From positions 124,001 to 188,000 of the forward strand of contig CDMY01001000.1 in assembly GCA_001179505.1 (NCBI GenBank): 64,000 bases of DNA. The letters are read 5' to 3'. Source of the stretch: Vitrella brassicaformis CCMP3155. Lineage: Eukaryota > Protista > Chromerida. The position numbers were made by a program, and so were the translations under genes. The notes below the pieces were generated by a model that had not been told where the DNA came from, made no database searches, and worked only from the letters and a program-made list of their open reading frames with translations. Shown piece by piece: positions 48,621 to 61,501 of this stretch. Within the stretch, counting starts at the first letter, position 1; every line of letters begins with the position of its first letter.

Positions 48621-50458
48621 TTACTCTATGCCGATCAACCGCAGCTGACGGTAGGGGGCACCAACGCCTCAGTTTGATTTGCCTGACTTCCCCCTCCCGC
48701 ATCGACAGGATCGCTTCATCCAACCACTCATTCCGAAAATCAGACACACGATACACCAGCCCACGGTTATCGCAGTTTTTTTTCCTGGCCGTCGAATGCA
48801 TCATTCCACCAAATCCAGTCGATCTCGACGGTGTCGTTGTCTGTGGGCACTCTGCCGGTGCCCTCCTGCACCACCTCATATCGATAGCCATACGATGGCG
48901 ATGTGCCAGTCCGGCGGCCGACAGTGCTGCGATTGGCCGGCTGCCGCTGTGACGATGAGGAGCCCTCCTGCCGCTGACGGACTGTGGCACCACCACCATT
49001 GCCGCCGCCAGCCGCTGCTGCGCTGCACACAGAGAGCAGACACAACGCCAATCACGAGAGAGAGGTAAGGGCTGCTCACCTCAAGTAGCCTCCCCAGCCA
49101 GACGATGGCAGTGTGCCGGTCCGAGGCGCCACACTGAGAAGAACGGAACAAAGATGGCCAATTGGTGCATCTGCTGGCCCTGTTGGGCTTTACCTGGCCT
49201 GTGGTGTCGGTGTGTCGGTCTTGGCAATGCCGTACATGGCCGCATTGACGTCAAATGGCGCCTGATCCGTCTCGCTAGCCATCGTCAGCACCGCAGCCAT
49301 GTCGGCGGGCGAGGCGCCGAGTCGCTTTCTGCGGTAGTAGTCGACCATGCGGCCGATGTGGTCGGGATCGACCACCTCCACCGCCCGGCTGCTGGACCAC
49401 CTGACGGCACACAAACAGTGAGAAGCACATCAGTGTGTGTCGTTGTGTGTTGGTGTGATGGGCTCACAGGTCAAATCGATTGGCCAGTGCGATGTCGCCC
49501 ATTTCGTCCACAGTGGACTGAGTGGTCGAGGTGAGCTGTCCGCACACCTCGACCGACCGAATGGCATCGCCGCCACTCAGAGGCAGCAGAAAGGGCTCGA
49601 CGGCCTGACACACACAGCCACAACCATCAGACCAACAGACATTTCCCTCTCTCTCTGCTCATAATCATGTCGTCACCTGAATCTCTTTGTCGAGATTGTC
49701 GCGTCGTGTGTTGGCGGCCCGCAGCTGCCGCTCTAGCCGGGCCTTTTCCTTGGCAAAGGCTTTGACGATGGCCTCCATCGCCTTGAGGGCGGCGGCCGCC
49801 TCGGTGCGGCTGTTAGTCAGCGACCCGGTGGGCACTCCATCGGCGCGTGAAGAATCAGCGGCATCCTTGTCGAGAGGCGTCATCATCAGTTTGACCCAGA
49901 AGCCATGGCGACCTGCAACAGACACACCACACAGGCAGCCAAAGGAAGAATGACGACACAAGGAGACTGTGTCATCGCCTTCATTGCCCTCACCCTTGTC
50001 GCGCTTGGCCACTTCATCGAGCAGATGGCCGACCGACGCCGCCTTGCCGGCGCTGCGAAGGGTCTCCGCATTGAGGATGGCCTTGTGGACGGCCTTGAAG
50101 CCTCCGGGCAGATGTCGACGAACACCCGCTGGCTGTCGTCTTTGACGAGTCGGCCCTCCCAGCAGCCCCCGAAGAGGGCCGCCAGTAGAGTGCCCTCCAC
50201 TCCCTCTCCCTGAGTCACGTGCTGCCGCCTGACGCTCATCAGATGGCCGCCCACATTCAGCAGCAAAGTGTCGTCAGGGGAGGCCGCCGAGGGGTCCGAT
50301 GCGCCGTGCTGCTGCCTCTCTCGCTGGGCGTCCTCGTCAGCCTGGCGGATCTGTGTGTGCAGCTGGCTGATGGCGTCACCGATGGCCGTCACGGGCACGT
50401 GCAGCTCATTGAGAATCGCATGGGCGCTGAACCGCCGAGCGGCCAACTCGCCCTCCAT
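48621..50458 (-). pseudogene. Third BTB-BTB-FKBP gene, frameshifted
   Basis: 1-nt deletion at ~50100 (gaggcttc vs gaggccttc), mini-exon 49133-49080, and an FKBP exon with frameshifts at the A-run ~48780 and at ~48655. Confidence 0.85.
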
Positions 50459-51019
50459 CCACAGGGCAACAGATCTCTCTCAGAGGCAGTGCCTGAACCA
50501 CACAGACAGACACAGACAGACAGACAGACCGATGTGAACGGATCTGCGCGTTTTTTGATTGCCATCGGTTCGCTTGTCCCACCTGAGGCTCTCCAAGGCG
50601 AAAGGACGTGCCGTCACCGTCTTCAAGTTGCGAGACTCTTCTTCGCGATCGGATTCTCTGCAGGAATACCGCTATTCGTTGCATCATTTGGCGCTTCGAG
50701 GACGTCCGGTGGGAGTGAGGAGAAGTAAGGGATCGAGGAAAAATTCAGATCATTCATCCCACCTTGTGTGGTCTGCGTGTGTGTCCTTCAAGGCGAGAGG
50801 CGGTCTCTCTGTGCGCGTGTGCGTGTGATGTGTGTGCCCGTGTGTTCGCCAAGCGGATTGGCGGCTCTTGGCAAACTTGAAGGCATCAGGTGAGTCACTC
50901 TCCCGACCCGTGATGGATGTGTTGTGCAGTTCCAAACTATCGGCAACAGATGCAGTTATGCCACGTGTTATGCCAGGCCGCCTGTGGCTTGGAGAAACGA
51001 CGGCTTCCTTCTTGCCAGC

Positions 51020-51175
51020 TTCGCACCGAAGAGAGAAGGGAAGAGGGGTGAGCTCAGGGCCGAAGGGCGCGTCGATAGTGAGCTGCGTGGGCTGTTTGAC
51101 CGACATAGGAAGTCGTTTTGGCAGATCACTCATCGGCCTCAACACAGTAGAGGTGAGCACCGCCGAAATGAAAGA
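51020..51175. promoter_or_regulatory. Conserved cassette element, copy D (inverted)
   Basis: gtcgatagtgagctg..tttgaccgaca..aagtcgttttggcagatcactcatcggcc..agaggtgagc; ~500 bp of extra sequence separates it from the BTB gene. Confidence 0.6.
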
Positions 51176-51252
51176 GAAGATCTGATGCGACGCGATGCGT
51201 CACTGTGGATGGGCGGCGGCATGTCATGTGTGTGTGTGGGTGTAGGAGGGCC

Positions 51253-51645
51253 ATGAGTGACCACCGTGGTGTCGGACTGCTGGACGGCCATTTCGTCTAT
51301 GAGGACGGCAGTGACGGCTACGAAATGGACGTCAAGGGGCAGCGGGTGGCCATCAAGCCTTCGTTCCATTCGCACATCAAATTCTGCTTCGAACACCACG
51401 ACGAGAGAGCGGCTGAGCCACACACAGGTGTGCTGCAGCCTGCCTTGTTGCCCTTTTGTGTGTCAGGCCATCTGGCGCTTCCAAGCGCCGCCGTCAGGAC
51501 CAGCACAACGGGCCACCACCACCACCAGCAGTAGCAGCGGCAGGCATTCCTGACGGCTTCAGTGTGTCGCCATCTGGTGTGCGATATCGCATCTTCGTTC
51601 TCGGCACCGGCAGGATGCCAACTTTAGCCGACCAGACCATATACG
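51253..51645 (+). pseudogene. MSDR micro-domain + 3'-truncated FKBP-like gene
   Basis: MSDHRGVGLLDGHFVYEDGSDGYEMDVKGQRVAIKP..; the donor is mutated (ga|gagagc) and the FKBP exon stops after GTGRMPTLADQTIY. Confidence 0.75.
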
Positions 51646-51937
51646 TGGGTTTGTGTGTCGTGTGTGTGCGTGAATGCGAGAGCTGCGTGGGAAATGAGAG
51701 AGAGACAACACGATATCCCTAGCTGCCTTGCTGTTTCGTGTGTGCCCTCGTTTGCTGTTTATGTATGAACATTGATCGCCCTCCGGAGCCAGTGCATTCA
51801 GCTGGGCCGGTCAGCCAGGTCACTCAATCAATCAAGCTAACCACCACGTACGTACGTCCCTTCTGATCTGTGATGTGAGAGGTAGACGGAGAACAGTGTG
51901 TGTGTGCACGTGTGTGGGGGGAAGGGGGGGGGGGGGG

Positions 51938-52237
51938 NNNNNNNNNNNNNNNNNNNNNNNNNNNNNNNNNNNNNNNNNNNNNNNNNNNNNNNNNNNNNNN
52001 NNNNNNNNNNNNNNNNNNNNNNNNNNNNNNNNNNNNNNNNNNNNNNNNNNNNNNNNNNNNNNNNNNNNNNNNNNNNNNNNNNNNNNNNNNNNNNNNNNNN
52101 NNNNNNNNNNNNNNNNNNNNNNNNNNNNNNNNNNNNNNNNNNNNNNNNNNNNNNNNNNNNNNNNNNNNNNNNNNNNNNNNNNNNNNNNNNNNNNNNNNNN
52201 NNNNNNNNNNNNNNNNNNNNNNNNNNNNNNNNNNNNN
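51938..52237. other. Assembly gap (300 N)
   Basis: Run of N flanked on both sides by poly-G. Confidence 1.
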
Positions 52238-52680
52238 GGGGGGGGGGGGGGTGTGCACACATGGATGAGCTCACTGGCATGAATTAGGGCCACTTGTTGT
52301 GTTCACTGGACTGCTATCACTCGCGATGCGAGCCATCGGTTGGTGATGGGACACCTGAGACACGTTACACACTGAAGTCAACGGAACTACGCGACATGCT
52401 CTCTCTCAAGGCGGTCAATCAGATAGCTGCTCGTCTGTCAGAAATGTCAACTTTCGGCCCTCAAGAGATGGAATAAATCCTGAAAGAGTGCCATGTCCTG
52501 GCTGCATGCGCATGGGGGCAAGACCGGATGTCTTGAAGGTGGCCCCCCGTCTGCATGCAGGACGCGCCCTTCCACGCCGCTGCTATTCACCGCGTCTCTT
52601 CATTCCGTCGCATTCCATCCCAATTGTTCCATCCGAGTCAATGATGGCCCCATTTGAGCGTGACTGATAAGTTGTTCACC

Positions 52681-53850
52681 ATGCAGCGCCTGTCCGTCCT
52701 TCTCCTCTTGACAGCGTCATCGGCCGCTTCCCTCTTGGCCCACGACATGGCCTCCTCCGCTGAGATGAGCAATCATCTTGAGCAGTCGGGGCTCGGCGTG
52801 CACCCCGCAATCCTCCACAGACCGGCCCACAATGCCGCGGCCAAGGACGTCCTGCACCTGCTCGCCACTCACAGACAGGCATCAGCAGCATCAGCAGCAA
52901 CACCGGACAGAAACGAAACGGCCGTCTCCATGCTGGCCATGCGGCACCCAGGAAGCCATGTCATTGACCTACCGTCTCGGCACAGAAAGGAGAGTAAGGG
53001 CCGAGACGGTAGGAGACACACACACACGGTTGGTTGTCGAGCTGTCGGTCGCGTTAGAGTCTGGAGTTGCGTGTGTGTCTGTCTGTGTCGGTGCAGCCAC
53101 CAGCAAGATTGAGACGGGAAGTGAGAGCCAGCGAGCCATCCCCCAGCTGGGCAAAGGTATGTTTGTCATGGCGACGATGCAGTGAGCACAGTGCCGTGAT
53201 GGCCTGTCTCGCTCAGATGAGGACCTCCTTGTCGGCTTGTCGGAGGACAACTCGGCCGCCGACGCCCACCACCACCCATCACTCATCGAGAGAAATACAA
53301 GTGAGCCACTTGGCTTCCCTCGTCCCCTTCTCTAGCGGTGCAGCACATTGCTGTCTTTGCCCTTCTCGGCGGTCGCCGCCCTTGTCGTGTGTCATCATGC
53401 AGCCGACATCCATGGGCCTGGTGTTCCTCCCGAGATTCCGAGACAAATGGAGGTGAAGATGGAGGCAATACGGACGCTCACGAAGGGGCAGATCAAGACC
53501 GTCAAAGGCCTCTGCGAGACCGCCTGGATCCATTGCAGTGTGATGCGCAGCCACGTCGTTTCAAAGCCCAAATCTGTGCTGCGCAAAAAGAAGAAGGTAA
53601 CTAAGATGGCCACACGCGCAGACTCAGTCCACATGCCCCAGAGAGAGAAGCTCTATATGTATGCGTTGCTGCAGGCGCAGAAGTGGAAAGAAGTGCCCAG
53701 TGCGAAAGGCTTCTGGAATCGGAGGGAGTGTCGCTCCTCGAGGGGTTTGTGGCAACAGGAGACAGCTTTGCCAATTTTCCTCCGTTACCCTCTCCTGTGC
53801 AGCCTTGACGAAGGAGGGAACTTCGGGCCCGGATCAAATTTCAAAATCAT
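52681..53850 (+). CDS. Putative secreted protein of unknown function (multi-exon)
   Basis: Signal-peptide-like MQRLSVLLLLTASSAASLLA; exons at ~53097-53156, 53217-53300 and 53336-53597 have canonical splice sites; the 3' frame is uncertain. Confidence 0.45.
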
Positions 53851-54195
53851 GTGAGCAAGGAGATGATGTGCAGGCGTGTGCACCGCGTGTCGGCGGGCAG
53901 GTTCAAAAAGGGCGGCTTTGGCTTGGTGCTCTTCGCAGAGATTGACAGAGGCACGTGGGCATGGACACGCGTGTGCATACTACGGGTCTGTCTGTATCGT
54001 TTCTGTGTGTATGGCTGTGTGTGTGGATTGATGGCATGCAGAGATGCTGATTTCGCCGACGGACAATGTGCCAGGTACCCATGTGCCCACGGCCAATGCT
54101 GTGAGTCGCTATTCATATTCGTGACGGTGTACGTTTTGTTCACATATACGGATGAAGCGAGTGAAAGAGAAAGTGGCATTTTGCGCGTCGTAATC

Positions 54196-55210
54196 ATGCC
54201 GCGGAGTGACTACGAGTCCCAGTTGTACGACGATTCCGATAGGAATGCGCCAACCGAAAACCTCCTGAAGGAGTTAGAAAGTGCGCCAGCTATCGAGATG
54301 ATGCAACACACATTGGCATCCGCTAGGGTGTGTGTATGTGTGTGCGTGTGTCTGTGCAGATTACGCGGCCATCTGGGAAGAGATATCATCAGGAGCCATC
54401 TCTGCCGAGAAAATGCCGCAGATTCCTAAGTATTACCTGCCGAAGGAGGAGCTGACAGGTCGGTATGCGCAGACTCATCCACACCCGCACATCGAAGCAA
54501 ACAGAGCCTCTGTTGTTTCTCTATCGTGCATACAAACAGCGCTCATCATAGGGCGTCTTCGCGGCATCGAAGTGAAAGACCTACTTTACGTTGACACGAA
54601 AGACCTGCTTTACGGCCACATTCGACGCGACATCCCGTGGCACCAGGTGGTGCCTGTGCGCCTCAACGGCGAGAGAAAAGACCTGACATTGGGTGCCTTC
54701 ATAGTGGCACTCTTGGCTGTGGGAATTTATGGTAAACAACATGCGTGAATCGATGGAGTCCGCGCCAGTCTTACGTCTTCAGGCCTCAACAGAAATGCGG
54801 GCCATCGACACCAAGACATTGACCATGGTATGGATATATGCGTGAAGCCAGGTGCAAGTGGGACCTCTCTCAGTGAGTGGGTCTCTCTCTATGTGTGTGT
54901 GTGTATGTGTGGGGGTGTGTCTTCTCAACAACCTGCAGCTGATCGATCTCAGCTCTATGCGCAAGATCCCGTCCGGCAAGACCTATGGTCTTAAGGACAT
55001 GTCGGGCGTCAAGACGTGCGCCATGCATACCGCAACACATGACCACAAATGTGTGCAGGTGTACCATTCACTCATTTCATCCATTTGATGCTTGTGCAGG
55101 ATCGCCGGGGAGATTGTGGAGCAGCTCCTCAAGAAACAGCCGAAGAACAAGAGCCTCCAAGAGCTGGACAGCCTCCTTGGTTTGAGATCCTTTTCGCTGG
55201 ACTTTTTCCA
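54196..55210 (+). CDS. Multi-exon protein of unknown function
   Basis: MPRSDYESQLYDD.., YAAIWEEISSG..PKYYLP, DIPWHQVVPVRLNG..LGAFIVALLAVGIY, IAGEIVEQLLKKQP; GT-AG boundaries. Confidence 0.55.
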
Positions 55211-56262
55211 ACGGGTGATTGATTTGGCCCTCGGCAGCGCCAACCAACCAGTCGGCTGACATGCAGCTGGGATATCTGCCTGTCTGCCCAGTACCAGTCC
55301 CCCAACAGCAAAAGCGACAAACTACCATTTGCAGACGACACCATGCCGTAGTGCGACTCGCATGGGATGAGAGGACCAGTTGAAGGGAAGATGTACAGGC
55401 AGTGCGTGTGGAAAGCTCAAAGTGAATGCATCAGCTTTGATCTCTCATGGCGGGAGCAGTTTGGGGGAGGGACAGGGAGAGGGAGAGATCAAGGTGATTC
55501 GGCCAGCCAAGCGGCCGAGTCAGCAGGCCTGCTGTCCCTGGAGATGATGCACATCTTTTGATGTCAAGTCCATCTTCGGGATGTTTTGCCTTATCGAGCT
55601 CGAGTGATATGCCTCCGTCCCACTCTACATCTGTCGAGATCGATATCGGTCGCCGGGCAGACACCGACGGCCGACAGAATTGCAAAGGCACACATACAAG
55701 AAGGAACGAGCCCATCATCCACCGTCAGCAGTGCATTCCCCGTCGCTGCATTCATTGATTGATTGACTCCTCGGCCCTCTGTTGCACTCGTCTGTCCACC
55801 CATTCACACGCATTTCGGCCCTCGGCGATGAGTTCGATCCTGCATGCTTGCGAGATTAGCTCGCAGACAAAAGGGGGCTTCCATTCCCTTTTTTTGGGAT
55901 AAGTGAGCGAACAATGAGCACATGGGCGTCCACCGACGACAGAAATGAATCGCTTTCCCTGCGTGTGTGTCATTTGTGCAGACAGTGCTCGTCAGATATC
56001 TCACCGCATTCATTGCCGTCAGATAGACAAAGGCGTTGGAAAGACCTGAGGGCGACAGACAGACAAACAGCCTCACACACAAACAAATACGGGCAGGCGC
56101 TTGTGTTGTGTGTTGATGTGATGGGTGAGCAGGTTCGTGTGGATTGGTGGCCTTGTCCCCGACCGCATCAACAGCGCCTCTCCTCTCTGTCGCCCTCAGA
56201 TGGGAGGTGGGCAGCACACCACACTTGACGAGCTGTATATGTGTGTGTGTGTATGGATCCCA

Positions 56263-57383
56263 GGGTCCCAATCAGCCCGTTTGTTGAGTGCTTCCACTGG
56301 CGATGATGATGCATCGCGGTGTGTGGTGTGCATCCATGAGTACGACACACACACGGGTGCCGCACACACGCCCCTCGTACTCGGCCAATGCGGTACGTAC
56401 GGGGGCAAGGATGGTTGGCCGAGACACACACATAGTTTTGCGTATTCCATCGCATCCATGTGTGTGTCTTGTGTTGTGTTGGTGTGTGAAGGTCACACCT
56501 TCTGTGCCCACGTGAGCCGGCAGACAGACAGACAGACAGACAGACAGACTGCAGCGAGAATGTCTTTGTTCTTCATGACGTGTTGGTTTGTTTCATTCAG
56601 TGTGTAGCGCGCATAAAAGGACTCGACGGCAGCGTCAAGTGTCCCACGTGCAGGTGAGTGGGCATGTGTGAAGGTCATGAGCAATCCTGACCCATTCATC
56701 TCTCCCTCTCTCTCTCCCTCTCTCTGTTTCTCAGGGCTGTAAGTCGGGAGGATGTCATCAAGAAGAACAACGCACTCGTCACCCTCCTCGAGTACATGCG
56801 GCCATCTGACGGCACCGCTGGACGGCAGCAGCAGGCCGGTAATGCGACCACCACCACCACCACCGCAGCAGCAGCAGCAGCAGGGCACGTCAGCAGCAGG
56901 GTCGCCACCACACCACATGGAGCACGGCAGACCAGCAGGTAAGGCTCGCCAGAGAGCAGAGGAGCACTGAACACAGTTGATCTCGCCATCTGTCCTTTTT
57001 GTTCGTACAGCAATGGCGCCACACTCCGTCAGCGGCAGGAGGGCTCCTCACTGTCACAGCAGCAGCCGGCCAACAGCAGCAGTGTCGGCCGTCGGACGGG
57101 CACATCGCGGTATGGCTACCGATATGAGGTGGTGCAGGAGGGCACCGGCAGAGTGCCCACACTTTTCGACACCGTCAAGATCGACCGGATTGCGTGGGAT
57201 GATGGATTCGACGGCCAGCGCAAAGCATGCGATGTCCATGGGGAGGTGATTCGGGTGTCTGGTCGGGGTGAGTGGAAGCGTGAGGCGTTGCTGGCGATGC
57301 GTGAGGGCGAGATTAGGCGAATCACAGCGCCACCCAGATATCCTGCCCGCTTCCGTCAGCTGCGGTTGATCAGCATAGAGTAG
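56263..57383 (+). CDS. RING-finger + FKBP-like protein (5' end unresolved)
   Basis: Spliced CVVCIHEY..PLVLGQCG|HTFCAH|CVARIKGLDGSVKCPTCR|AVSREDVIKKNNALVTLLEY..TS ag|gtaagg, phase 2, then cag|c NGATLRQRQ..FKBP exon 57011-57383. Confidence 0.85.
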
Positions 57384-57949
57384 GAGAGACTGCACACACA
57401 CGTGTGGGCGGCTGTGTGTGTCACACACTCATGTGTGTGGCCGGGGGCTCTGCCCTCTGTCCCTGTCTGACTGTGTCCCTCGGGTGTCGAGTAAAGGAAG
57501 GAACGCGTCGTTGATGTTTGTGTGCCGTGGCCCAGTCTGTGTGCTGTGTGTGGCTCTTTCTTTCGGTGATAGCTGTATCAGGTGTGTAGGTTTGGGAGGG
57601 GCTTCTCGCCAGTCCCTGTATCGACTCCCAACATGTCCCTGTGTCGACTTCTCATCATGTCCCTGGAGCTTCTGCCTTCATTCTAACTGCATGTCCGTTA
57701 GTGGCTTATCAGCGGACCGAATGAGTTATGAATCACCCATGGAAATGAACCAACAGACAAGCATGAAACTCGCCACACGCCTGACTGAGGAGAAGGTGCA
57801 AGCATGTCTCATCGGGGGGCGGGTGAGTGAGTGACACACTGCAGTGTGTCATGGTCCCAACGGATGATTCATTGGATGCTCATTGACACATTGGGTCGGT
57901 CCGGCGCACACATGCATGCAAACATCCCCCACTCACACCGACAGCAACA

Positions 57950-58300
57950 CCTCACATCCGACACGAACAACCACATGTTTGCAGACTCACTGCGTTCTCT
58001 CCCATTTCGTGCTGTCTGTCTGTCTGCTTTGGTCGCCCGTCGGTGTCTGCCGATCGCTCATCGAGAAGGGATGCCTCTCCATGGACAGACGGCAGACACC
58101 GCCCTGAGACGAGAGCATACACCAAGACACACGAAACAGACACAACGCGATTGATGTATGTATCATCTCATAGCCGCTTTCTTCCCTCCCCGTGTCTGTC
58201 ATTCGTGTGCCCCCATATGTGCAGGGCAGCAGATCGACGACGAGTCACCGGCCCATCAGTGTGTGTGACGTGCCGGCATTTCATCGAACGACGCGCCACC
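57950..58300 (-). repeat. R2 dispersed repeat copy
   Basis: Inverted homologue of 10690-10830 and 46270-46600. Confidence 0.65.
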
Positions 58301-58569
58301 CGACACACACGGCAGCAGAAAAGGGGCAGAGAGAGCATACCACACGATACATAGTCGGAAGGGAAGGAAAATATGTTTGTGTGTATATGTACAGATCTGG
58401 CTGACTGCATACGAATACCTACATAGGTGGACATATACATATACATATACACTAGCCGCCCCGTGCACCACACTCAGACACAGGTCGAGATGATATGGCC
58501 GCCCACCCGCGGGCCGCCCACCAAGTCAGGCAGTCAGTCAGTCAGTCAGGCAGTCAGCCAGGCCGTTAG

Positions 58570-59850
58570 TCAGTTGATGTGCATGCCGGTGAGTGAGGCC
58601 ACCAGGTGGCTCAGCGGGTCGCGCGCAGCCCGGGGAATCCGCAGCACATTGTCGCCACGCAGTGACAGCTCCTGTGTGGCGCACACTGACAGACTAACAC
58701 GGTACCTGCACACACACACACACACACACGCACACACACACATGGTGTGTTGGTTCATCTGTGTGTGACCCCCCATTCCCCCTCCCACCGTGTGACGTCC
58801 GATTTGTTGAGTTGTGTGTGTGGCGGCAGGACCTCCTTCACCCTGCCCTCCAGGCCGTTGATCTCCGGCCGACGGACCACACCGCACAACCACACATCAT
58901 CGCCAACTCCAACCGAACCAGACCTGGTCACACACAGAGAGAGCGGAAGTTGTGATGGCTGACAGACAAGCGGCTGCATATTCTCTCTGATTCAGTGACG
59001 CACTGACTCACTCACTCGGTATTGTCGTCTTTGCCTTTGGTGAGCTTTCTGACGTGCCCCTGGCACACGGCCATCCTGGCTAGGTGCAGTCGGAGTATTG
59101 CTCTGTCCTGCTCGGCCGGCCCAAACCACTTGAAGGCCTCCATGTTCTCCTCGACCTTCGCCCCCCTCTCTGCCCCAATGATGACGGCCGCCCACTTGGC
59201 GGCCAGCTCACGGCGGCCCGTAATGAGGCCATGGCGACTGAAGAAGAGGCCGTGGTGGGCCGTCATCAGACAGTCGGCATACGACTGGCCCAGGGAGTCG
59301 TCTTCGAGGGCCGTGGCGTAGTAGTAGCTGGCCAGCCATGTGGCTGCCGTGCCGTCGGAGTGCCTGACGGCCACCTCACGCAACGGGCCGCCCAGCTCAT
59401 CGGCCACCGGAGCGGCAGACAACGACGAGCCAGAGGGCTTCTGGATGCGCTCAATGACACAGCAATTGTCCTGCAGACAGACAGACAGACAGACAGACAA
59501 ACACTCCACTCAGAGAGTATCTCAATCTGTCTCACCTGTCGGCACGTGGGGCACCTGAAGAGGACCATCTGCTCACCCCGGGCGCCCGTCGGCCGCGACG
59601 CAGAATCGGCGAAAAACGCCTTGGCCTCGCCACTCAGACACTGCAGTGCCGGCAGTCAGCAAACATACAAACACAAGTGCATCCCTTCCTGCCTGCCTCT
59701 CTGTCTGCCTGCACTCACCTCAAAGCAGAAAAAGTGGTCGCATCTGAGCCTCGCGAGATCGGTCTTGCCTGCAAGTGCCTCATGGCAGATGACACACTGG
59801 GCATCTTTGGGTGGCATGACATAGCGCCGCGGGAGGACGTAGGCAGCCAT
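58570..59850 (-). CDS. RING-finger protein with a helical middle region and an RPEINGLEGRV C-terminal domain
   Basis: CVICHEALAGKTDLARLRCDHFFCFE|CLSG..FRCPTCRQ| is C3HC4-type. Exon 59470-59030, then tail exons matching 10185-10507. Confidence 0.75.
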
Positions 59851-60104
59851 GGGATGCCTTCCTCCTTCCGACGTATGAGTTATCTATGCCCCAACCCAAC
59901 TCTGGTGGTCTATGCGTCACACACCAGCTGCACATGCACACACACGGCCAACAATACCTATGAATGCATTGTGCGCATTTCTCTCCACTGCACGTCCTGG
60001 CGACCATTTGCGAGCTTGAAATCCCCTAGGGCACACGGTGAAACCGCCATCTTGCGTGAGATCTGAGGCTTGTTTCTGTTTCCTTTCTCGTCCTTTTCCC
60101 TTCA

Positions 60105-61094
60105 ATGAGTCGGCAGTTGTCAGTTCCCCATGTGGTGCAGCGGTTCTTCAATCCTGCTCTCTCCTCCTCCACCACGGAGGAGGACGATGACACAGTCACC
60201 AACGAGATGGTTCAGGGGGTGCTGGCGGACCACCAGGACACCAAGCAGCAGCTCCTCGCCACACAGAAGCAGCTGATTGACGAGCTGACGAGAGAGAGGG
60301 ACGATTGGAAGAGGCGCTGTGAACGTGCCGAGGCGAAGCTGACCGAGTTCCAGGCACGTTGCGGCTACTTTGGGGCTCATCAGGATAGTGTGCTGACTGT
60401 ACTGAGCGCGAGAGATCACGCGCAGCTGATCGAGTGGCTCGGCGGCGACAGGACGCTCGTCCAGCTATACAAGTAAGGCACACCAGCACCGCGATGTCCA
60501 GGCGGTGTTTCTTCATCAACCGTTCTCTCCCTTTGTGTGTGTACTTGTTTCTTTCTCAGGGCCACGCGTGATGGTGGGATGTATGGGAGCCTGCTGGACA
60601 GAGTGGGCGGTGCGCGTGGCCTCCTGTTCATCATCCGCGTCGGGTCACTTCGATTCGGTGCCTATATGAGCGGAGGCATCGACGTGCCCGACACCAATCG
60701 CCCTTGCGACGTATGGTTCTTTTCCCTCACTGGCCATGATTTCAGCGGCCCCACAAAGATCCCTTTGCGGCACAAAAACAATCAGATGGTCAGTATCGCC
60801 GCTAGGGATGGAGCACTCGAGAGCAGAACCGGTGAAAACAAGGCCAGAATGTGCATTGGTGGTGGGGGGATTCTGTGGCTGGGGTATGGCGATAATGATG
60901 CCCCTGCTGCGGACATTCGAAGGATTCAACACTGGGTGCACAAGGATGATGTGCCAGCGGGTTATACAGGGATGCGGGCTGCCGTCGCTGAGATATCGAG
61001 CTCCCAATGCGGCTTCCTGGGCAGCAACGAGCTCTTCACTGCTGAAGAGCTGGAAGTGTGGCATGTGGTTAGACTACATTTTGAGAGTGAATAG
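60105..61094 (+). CDS. Coiled-coil + TLDc domain protein (2 exons: 60105-60472, 60561-61094)
   Basis: LIEWLGG..LYK|ATRDG..LFIIR..RFGAY..VWFFSL..FLG..FTAEELEVW is the TLDc signature; phase-2 join. Confidence 0.85.
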
Positions 61095-61501
61095 GCTTGT
61101 TTCTCTCTGCGTGCATCGGTCCGCGTTCGTCTGAGTGCTTCTGCACTGTGTCAGTTTTGTTATTTATACCGTGACGTGTTGACAGTGACGAGATTACCAT
61201 GAAGCTGCATACATGTGTGCGGCATGACCATAGAAAGGCAGACTCTCCTGTGTGTGTGTGTAAGTGTGCGATTTCTCGTGGATCATGGATCTGTGCGATT
61301 CATCCTTAGCCGACCAATAATACACAGGCATGTCTCACAACCAAGGGGCTCTCCCCGAAACCGCTGCCTTGAGGGGCAGCCGATAGGTGAGCGAACGAGA
61401 AGCGCATTGTGGAGCAGATCCCAAGGCCACATCGTCCCCACCGACGCTCCCGTTCGTGTGGCGTGTGTGGAGCAGATCTCGGCTGTGTGCATGAGAGTCT
61501 C

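Noticed and set aside
35821-52293. ORFs containing long X runs
   Set aside because: Artefacts of reading through N gaps.
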